Shown here: positions 1 through 5,614 of the stretch, piece by piece
Numbering within the stretch: the first letter of the stretch is position 1
Layout of the letters: the number at the start of each line of letters is the position of its first letter
Assembly: GCA_964640345.1 (NCBI GenBank)
Contig: CAZXFU010000005.1
Span: 1-17,359, forward strand
DNA length: 17,359 nucleotides
From: an uncultured Eubacteriales bacterium
GTDB lineage: Bacteria > Bacillota > Clostridia > TANB77 > RGIG9151
Direction: 5' to 3'
Made by a program: the position numbers and the translations under genes
The notes under the pieces: model-generated
What the model was told of the DNA's origin: nothing
The model's database searches: none
Seen by the model: the letters and a program-made list of their open reading frames with translations, nothing else

Positions 1-46
1 CAACCGGTTATGAGCCGGTAGCTCTAACCAACTGAGCTAAAGGCCC
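1..46 (-). tRNA. 5' portion of a tRNA with anticodon CAT (tRNA-Met, or lysidine-type tRNA-Ile2). The 3' part lies beyond the left edge of the window.
   Basis: The reverse complement of 1-46 reads GGGCCTT-TA-GCTC-AGTTGGTTA-GAGC-T-ACCGG-CTCATAA-CCGGT-TG. That gives a 7-nt acceptor arm, a canonical D-arm, and a 5-bp anticodon stem with a 7-nt loop CT-CAT-AA. Confidence 0.85.
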
Positions 47-119
47 TCAATTGGACTACTTGATTAATATACAAAAATTATATTGATTTGTCAAGAGGAA
101 AAATATATTTTTTAGGATA

Positions 120-148
120 TTTTAATATTAAATAAAATATGGTAAAAT
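120..148 (+). promoter_or_regulatory. Candidate sigma-A promoter with an extended -10 for the phosphodiesterase-family gene
   Basis: TGgTAAAAT (extended -10) lies at 140-148. A weak -35-like TTTTAA lies at 120-125, 17 nt upstream. The background is AT-rich, so specificity is low. Confidence 0.3.
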
Positions 149-190
149 AAATTTGTTTTTAACATATTTGTAGAGAGGGGAAGAAGTGGA

Positions 191-1315
191 ATGAATTTTT
201 TGGATATAGCAGATGCAGTTTATTATAATGTCGGTGGAAAAGTTGACCTGACTAAAGAGGCTAAAGAAATTGTAGCACAACTAAAGAAAAGAAAAAAGAC
301 GATATTTATTTTAATTGACGGAATGGGGGCTTTGGTATTAAATAATCTCTTGCCTGATTCCTTCTTAAATAGCAAAGTGAAGGAAGTTGCAACAACAGTT
401 TTCCCGTCTACAACATCTGTAGTATTAACAGCTCTTGCAACAGGAAAATATCCGGCAACACACGCGGTTAACGGCTGGTTTAATTATATAGAAGAAACAG
501 ACGAATCAATAATTTCCTTACCGTTTATAAACCGATTTGATGCGAATGAAAAAGTAAAAATTAAATTGACAGATTTATTTTATTGTGAAACACGTATGCA
601 ACATATTCCATGCAGAGCTTCGATGATTGCTAATGCAGGTATTGTAAAATCGGAATATTCTATGTGGTCAAGAGGTAATACCAACGGACACGGATACAGA
701 ACATTAAAAGGTGCATTCCAGACGCTCTCCAGACTAATTAACAAAGATGATGAAGAAGAATATATATATTTATATATAGATGATTTTGATACTATTTGTC
801 ATAAATTTGGACCGGATAGTGAAGAAGCGAAGGCATTATTAAGTACGATAGATACTTTGGTTAAAAAGTATGCAACGAGATATAAAGATAAGGTAAATAC
901 AATAATTACCGCAGATCATGGGCAGGTTAGAATAAGGAATGAGAACTTCTTTACTATAAATAGTAAAGATAAGATGATGGAATTGTTAAAAGCTCCACCT
1001 TCTGGCGATTCACGTTGCACATGTTTTCATGTAAGAGATGGTAAAAAAGAAGAATTTGTGAAAATGTTTAATGAAAGATATGGTAAATATGCAAAGTTAT
1101 TGTCTCAGGAGGAAATTGACAAGGCTCATATACTTGGACCTGAGTCTATGTGTGAAAGAGCGAAGAGAAGGTTTGGAGATTTTTGTGCATTCTTTGATAA
1201 GGAATATGCATTTTTATATGTGAAAGATGATTTTGACAGAAATAAGTTAAAGAAAGGATGCCATAGCGGAAATTCTGAGGAGGAAATGAAAATCCCACTT
1301 ATAATAATAAATTAA
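191..1315 (+). CDS. Alkaline phosphatase superfamily protein (type I phosphodiesterase / nucleotide pyrophosphatase-like)
   Basis: 374-aa ORF with a purine-rich RBS (AGAGGGGAAG) 5-15 nt upstream of the ATG. Family motifs are FILIDGMG (metal-binding Asp), FPSTTSVVLTALATGKYPATHAVNGW (nucleophile Thr/Ser plus the TG..P..H..N pattern) and ITADHGQ (distal metal site). Confidence 0.8.
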   Translation: MNFLDIADAVYYNVGGKVDLTKEAKEIVAQLKKRKKTIFILIDGMGALVLNNLLPDSFLNSKVKEVATTVFPSTTSVVLTALATGKYPATHAVNGWFNYIEETDESIISLPFINRFDANEKVKIKLTDLFYCETRMQHIPCRASMIANAGIVKSEYSMWSRGNTNGHGYRTLKGAFQTLSRLINKDDEEEYIYLYIDDFDTICHKFGPDSEEAKALLSTIDTLVKKYATRYKDKVNTIITADHGQVRIRNENFFTINSKDKMMELLKAPPSGDSRCTCFHVRDGKKEEFVKMFNERYGKYAKLLSQEEIDKAHILGPESMCERAKRRFGDFCAFFDKEYAFLYVKDDFDRNKLKKGCHSGNSEEEMKIPLIIIN

Positions 1316-1345
1316 GATAAAAAAGAATTTTCTATTACAAAAATA

Positions 1346-1374
1346 GGGGAGCTGTAAATAGCTCCCCTGTTTTT
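1346..1374. terminator. Bidirectional rho-independent terminator shared by the two convergent genes
   Basis: Perfect 8-bp stem GGGGAGCT (1346-1353) / AGCTCCCC (1360-1367) with loop GTAAAT. It is followed by TGTTTTT on the + strand and by TATTTTTGT on the - strand. The stop codon of the minus-strand gene (1373-1375) abuts it. Confidence 0.75.
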
Positions 1375-2782
1375 AAAGGCATTTTACCGCCTTTTTCCAG
1401 ACATTATAGTATGTCTGGGACATAAGCTCCGTGCTTAATGCACGGAACTCCTCTTTAGAACCTACCAAATACTGGTTGCAGATTCCAAAGAGGACGTTCA
1501 GTTCGAACTGATCGAACTGATAAGAAGTTGCTTTCTCCAGAAACCATTCAGCAAAAGTTTCCTCGTGCTGTGAACGGTTTGGATATCCTCCCTCCTTATA
1601 CGTTATCGTATAAGGAGAAGTCTTGCCAAAAAGATTTTCATTCATGAAATCTTTTTGGTAAAGCGAGGGAGTGGAGAAAACTCCCTGCTCTTCAATTTTG
1701 TTCCTGACTTCCAGGAACAACTGTCTTAGAGCTTTCGCTCTAGACAATGCATCGTCCGGGTTTTCGTAATTGGCAACCGACGATGCTTCGTAGAGGGCCT
1801 TTGCAAAGCCCTTGGGCTGCCACTCAAGTTCGCTTATTTTCGCGAACTTGTTCGTGGATGGAATTACTGCATTGTTTATGCAGTAAATAATATCAATTAC
1901 ATTGTCCAGACCTTCCGAGACAATGTCGTGTGCGTTCCAAGGTAGCCCTCGGATTACGCACTTCCGAACGGAATGTTCGGAGTACTTGTCGACTCTTGTG
2001 AAAAGCCGAGCAAGTTTTACAACGTTATCAGAAGAGTTTTTATCAGAAGAGGTTTTGGGATAACTTACTATAATTATTCCCTCCTTTGCTAACCTCTTCA
2101 TTACCTGAGCCCTCAGGTCTCGTATTGCTACGAGCTTTACCACAGGATTCTTGGTCTGGTAGCACTTCCCGAGCAACGTTGTGAAGTTTTCAGGTTTCCA
2201 GGAAAGCCGGGTACTACCAGAGACTCTCCACTTCAAATCCGGAGGGTATTCCCAATTAACGTAGAATACCCCTTCGGTGAGAAGCTTCACTACTTTTGCC
2301 AGTTTGATATTTCTATCAATCTGACCTTCCAACAAAGCTTCGTCATAAAGCTTGTTGGCCTTAGAGACGAGGTCTCTTATGCGTACGAGCCTATATGACG
2401 GACTCATCTCGCAATGAGACCTCAGCCAATCCCGAATTTGTCCGGGCTTTCGCTCGAACTTGATGCTTGTCGAGTAGGCATAGCCCTCTCGGCAAGCAGA
2501 ACTCCATTCCGATTCATCACTGATATCGAATCGGTAGAGGTCCACTTCAAGCCACCGGTCTCCCAGCAACTCGAAGTGCTTAAAGTTGTGCCAGGGGATA
2601 TAACCTGGCGTTGTTACTACTGTTAGATCCAAGTCACTAGACCAATCGGTCTCGTGACGCGGCTCGTCACTTAAGCCGCCGTGGACCATTATACCCAGGA
2701 CCTCCGGCTTTGCCTTCAAGGTCTCTATGAGTTGTGCCGCCCGACACATCATAGCAATCCTAGCTTCGATCATGTTCTTCAT
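1373..2782 (-). CDS. Pol-beta/MNT-type nucleotidyltransferase domain protein with two C-terminal helical domains; function unknown; compositionally foreign
   Basis: 469-aa ORF. The NTase signature is hG-G-x13-D-L-D-L (VHGGLSDEPRHETDWSSDLDLTVV, aa 33-56, nt 2627-2680), with a third acidic residue candidate in WLEVDLY (D81). The rest is predicted helical and resembles the KNTase_C / DUF4037 style domains found after such NTase folds. There is no Shine-Dalgarno directly upstream of the ATG at 2782. An in-frame ATG at 2752 (M11) has a weak AGGA 5 nt upstream and is an alternative start. Confidence 0.7.
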   Translation of the reverse strand: MKNMIEARIAMMCRAAQLIETLKAKPEVLGIMVHGGLSDEPRHETDWSSDLDLTVVTTPGYIPWHNFKHFELLGDRWLEVDLYRFDISDESEWSSACREGYAYSTSIKFERKPGQIRDWLRSHCEMSPSYRLVRIRDLVSKANKLYDEALLEGQIDRNIKLAKVVKLLTEGVFYVNWEYPPDLKWRVSGSTRLSWKPENFTTLLGKCYQTKNPVVKLVAIRDLRAQVMKRLAKEGIIIVSYPKTSSDKNSSDNVVKLARLFTRVDKYSEHSVRKCVIRGLPWNAHDIVSEGLDNVIDIIYCINNAVIPSTNKFAKISELEWQPKGFAKALYEASSVANYENPDDALSRAKALRQLFLEVRNKIEEQGVFSTPSLYQKDFMNENLFGKTSPYTITYKEGGYPNRSQHEETFAEWFLEKATSYQFDQFELNVLFGICNQYLVGSKEEFRALSTELMSQTYYNVWKKAVKCL

Positions 2783-2832
2783 GATTGATTTGGAGACAAA
2801 TTATGTGCTCACAGAATAGAAGGCAAAATAAA

Positions 2833-2918
2833 TTTGCACGTTCTAAGCCGGAAGAGACAATTGTCTCCTTCCTCCTTTTTTTATTTTTACAAAATAATTT
2901 TAATATAAAACGTGCAAA
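2833..2918. promoter_or_regulatory. 10-bp perfect inverted repeat bracketing the leader of the NTase gene (possible operator pair)
   Basis: TTTGCACGTT at 2833-2842 and its exact reverse complement AACGTGCAAA at 2909-2918, 66 nt apart. The right copy lies inside the -35/-10 spacer of the candidate minus-strand promoter. Confidence 0.3.
2850..2882 (+). terminator. Terminator-like hairpin plus T-tract, oriented for the + strand, lying within the 5' leader of the minus-strand NTase gene
   Basis: GGAAGAGAC-AATT-GTCTC(C)TTCC at 2850-2872 forms a 9-bp stem with one bulged C. It is followed by TCC and then TTTTTTT (2876-2882), A, TTTTT. No + strand gene precedes it. On the minus strand the same hairpin overlaps an AAGGAGGAAGGAGA purine tract. 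Confidence 0.4.
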
Positions 2919-2925
2919 AAGTCAA
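2897..2925 (-). promoter_or_regulatory. Candidate sigma-A promoter for the NTase gene
   Basis: The minus strand reads TTGACT (complement of 2920-2925), a 17-nt spacer, then TAAAAT (complement of 2897-2902). This would give a leader of roughly 110 nt before the ATG at 2782. Confidence 0.45.
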
Positions 2926-3043
2926 CATAAAAGCAATACATAAGTTAAAAACATTACTACTTAGAGCTAATTAAAAAAAATAATAAATTTGCCGATAAAA
3001 AAATATGAAAAAGGCATAGAGGTTACATAATTTCATAAAAATG

Positions 3044-3072
3044 TTGACTTTATTTGCTAAATGTAGGATAAT
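3044..3072 (+). promoter_or_regulatory. Candidate sigma-A promoter for the coupling-protein / topB / tex / dnaI gene string
   Basis: TTGACT (3044-3049), an exact 17-nt spacer, then GATAAT (3067-3072), about 25-40 nt upstream of the first possible start codons. Confidence 0.55.
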
Positions 3073-3095
3073 TTATATGTTGGTATTTGTAATTA

Positions 3096-5600
3096 ATGAA
3101 AGGTGGAATAACCTTGTTTAAGAATATAAAAAATTGGTGGAGCGGAATAAAGAAAAAATACAACAAGCCTAGTTTCTTAACAAAACTTTTTTACGGGATG
3201 TCAATACTTGTTGTTTTAAATAGGATAATATCATTGATAATAGCGTTATCCGGGAAATGTATAGAGCTTACTTCGAAAGAGTTGTATCGTTCGTTGTTTT
3301 GGACGGCAGAGGAGTATACTCTTGCTATATTATTACCATTAGCCGGTTTTGCATATTTTTGCTCTTCTGAGTATGTAGCCAATACAGAAAATAAGGCTAA
3401 GGGTTATTTTATTACATACGGATTTATTGCGGCGATTGCCTTTGTGATGCTTGCACAGTGGTCAAACGAATTTATAATATTTTTAGCAAGTTATTATAAA
3501 AATGGTGAAATATTGAGAATAGGTCTTACCGAAGCACCGGATATTTTTAAGGAAGCGTTAGGATATGCAAGTTTATATATTCCTGTTTGTGCAATTGCAC
3601 TTACTCCGACGTCTGTTGCTTCATTGTTTGATGATAGTAATCCTATAAATAAATTAAAATCTCTTTCACTTATGCCTTCTAAACCCGGTACGAACGGTGT
3701 TGGAGAATGGGCTGCCGACGTTAGACTTTGCGATGATTTAAAAACCGGTGCACCTGTAATTATTTCTGAACCAAGGCGTATGGAAACTGTTTTAATACAG
3801 GGTGCGACAGGTACAGGTAAAACTTCAACGTTATTATTGCCTATGTGTGCAAGTGATTTAGAGAAGAAATATTTTTTTAGAGAAAAAGCAAAGGAATTAG
3901 CTTATAAAGCTTTGACAAGTGGCTGTGCATATATAAATGCACCTTATGATAACGAAACGTTAAACAAGTGTTTTACTCTGAATTTCTTACGCCCTATTTA
4001 CGGTAGAGAAAAGGATTTTATGGAAATTTTAAAACCGATGATAAAGTGCGAGGATAAAGAAAACAAAGAATTGGTTTTTAGGGATTTAGGTATTACGGTT
4101 TTGGAGCCTGACGGTAATTTTATTGACGATTTTAGATTAATTGCGGACAACTTAGGGATAATGGTTTACAAAATCGACCCACTTGATCCGAATTCTTTTG
4201 GCATAAATCCGTTTATAAATAAAAGCCCGGCAAAAGTTGCAAGTATTATTTCAACGGTTTTAAAAGGAATGTATGAAAGTGAAAATCCTGATTCTAGTAA
4301 CCTTTTCTTTGGCCAGGTTACTCAACAGGCATTAGAAAATCTTGCAATTTTATTAAAAGTTATGTATCCGAAGCTACATGATAACCAGATTCCCACACTT
4401 GAAGATATGCTTGAATGTTTATATAATTATAATCTTGTTGAGGATATGTGTGAGGAGTTAAAACGTGATCCTGTTTTATGTGAGAAGCATGCAATTTTAA
4501 TAAAATACTTTGAAAAGAATTTCTATAATCCGCCGCTTGATATTAACGGTAGACCTGTACTTGGTTCTATCGGAAGTAACAGAAAAGAAACAGAAACGTT
4601 CTTATATGGGGCCACGACTCAACTTGATAACCTAATAAGGAATAAGATGGTAAAGCGAATCTTATGCAGTAGGGATAACAATATCGACCTAGATAAGGTA
4701 TTGGCAGAAGGCGGTTGTGTTTCTGTTTGTACAAGACGTGGAGAGATTGGCGGACTTCTTGCTAAGCCGTTTGGTATGTTTTATATTCTTACAATGCAAG
4801 ATGCAGTCTTAAGAAGACCGGGAGATGAAAATACCAGAATACCTCATTTCTTATATATAGATGAGTTCCCTGATTTTGTAAATAAAGAAACAGAGACTTG
4901 TTTTACTTTGTTTAGAAAATATCGTTGCGGAATGACTATTGCAATTCAGAACTTATCTCAGCTTGAAAGAAATAAGTCAATGAAGTTTTATAAGCAGGTT
5001 GTTACGTCGAACAGTAAAACTGTTGCTGTTTTTGGCGATACCAATAAAGAAGACAGTGAATATTGGAGTAAAGCTTTTGGCAGACATGAGTATTGGGATA
5101 TCGGAAGCGGATGGAGTAGACCACCTTTATTTAATGTTAAGAATGAATCCGAGAATGCTGAAGGTATAAGCATGAAAGTATCGTTTACAGAAAATATAAA
5201 ACCTTTCCATTTAGCCGAGATGCCGTTTAGAACAGTATATTATAAGACAAGAGATGCTAAAGGAAGCGTTGCTTTTGGTAAAGGTACAACTGATTTTATA
5301 GATAAAAGATTTTTAAAGAAGTATGAGCAAAAAGAATATGACTTTAGAATGTTTGTAAATTACAATCCGGAAGATACTACATTAAGAGAAACACCTATAG
5401 TAAAAGAAGTCGCTTCAGGCGATATCGAAACAAACGAAGTTTTAGACGGTACAAATTCTATAGAAATTGCAAAGCAAATAGAAGAAGAAAGAAAAGAATT
5501 ATTTAAGCTTACACAGGCAAATCCGGAAATTGCTAATATTATTATTGATGAACCGGAAGTTGTTGATGACGTAAAGATAGAAATAGAGAAAAATATATAA
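3096..5600 (+). CDS. Membrane-anchored type IV coupling protein-like ATPase (VirD4/TraG/TraD family), paralog 1
   Basis: 834-aa ORF. Motifs are Walker A LIQGATGTGKTS (nt 3801-3827), T4CP-type LEPDG and INPF motifs, Walker B HFLYIDEFPDF (around nt 4851), and the TraG-D_C-like AIQNLSQL...VFGDTN. About 4 hydrophobic helices lie in the first ~190 aa. The ATG at 3096 has no RBS. An in-frame TTG at 3114 is preceded by AAAGGTGGA (3099-3107) and may be the real start. Confidence 0.75.
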   Translation: MKGGITLFKNIKNWWSGIKKKYNKPSFLTKLFYGMSILVVLNRIISLIIALSGKCIELTSKELYRSLFWTAEEYTLAILLPLAGFAYFCSSEYVANTENKAKGYFITYGFIAAIAFVMLAQWSNEFIIFLASYYKNGEILRIGLTEAPDIFKEALGYASLYIPVCAIALTPTSVASLFDDSNPINKLKSLSLMPSKPGTNGVGEWAADVRLCDDLKTGAPVIISEPRRMETVLIQGATGTGKTSTLLLPMCASDLEKKYFFREKAKELAYKALTSGCAYINAPYDNETLNKCFTLNFLRPIYGREKDFMEILKPMIKCEDKENKELVFRDLGITVLEPDGNFIDDFRLIADNLGIMVYKIDPLDPNSFGINPFINKSPAKVASIISTVLKGMYESENPDSSNLFFGQVTQQALENLAILLKVMYPKLHDNQIPTLEDMLECLYNYNLVEDMCEELKRDPVLCEKHAILIKYFEKNFYNPPLDINGRPVLGSIGSNRKETETFLYGATTQLDNLIRNKMVKRILCSRDNNIDLDKVLAEGGCVSVCTRRGEIGGLLAKPFGMFYILTMQDAVLRRPGDENTRIPHFLYIDEFPDFVNKETETCFTLFRKYRCGMTIAIQNLSQLERNKSMKFYKQVVTSNSKTVAVFGDTNKEDSEYWSKAFGRHEYWDIGSGWSRPPLFNVKNESENAEGISMKVSFTENIKPFHLAEMPFRTVYYKTRDAKGSVAFGKGTTDFIDKRFLKKYEQKEYDFRMFVNYNPEDTTLRETPIVKEVASGDIETNEVLDGTNSIEIAKQIEEERKELFKLTQANPEIANIIIDEPEVVDDVKIEIEKNI

Positions 5601-5614
5601 TTGGCGGTGAAGAA

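Noticed and set aside
2414-2626. 70-aa + strand ORF inside the NTase gene
   Set aside because: It is fully antisense to a longer ORF that has a clear catalytic motif. It has no RBS, and long antisense ORFs are expected in GC-richer sequence.
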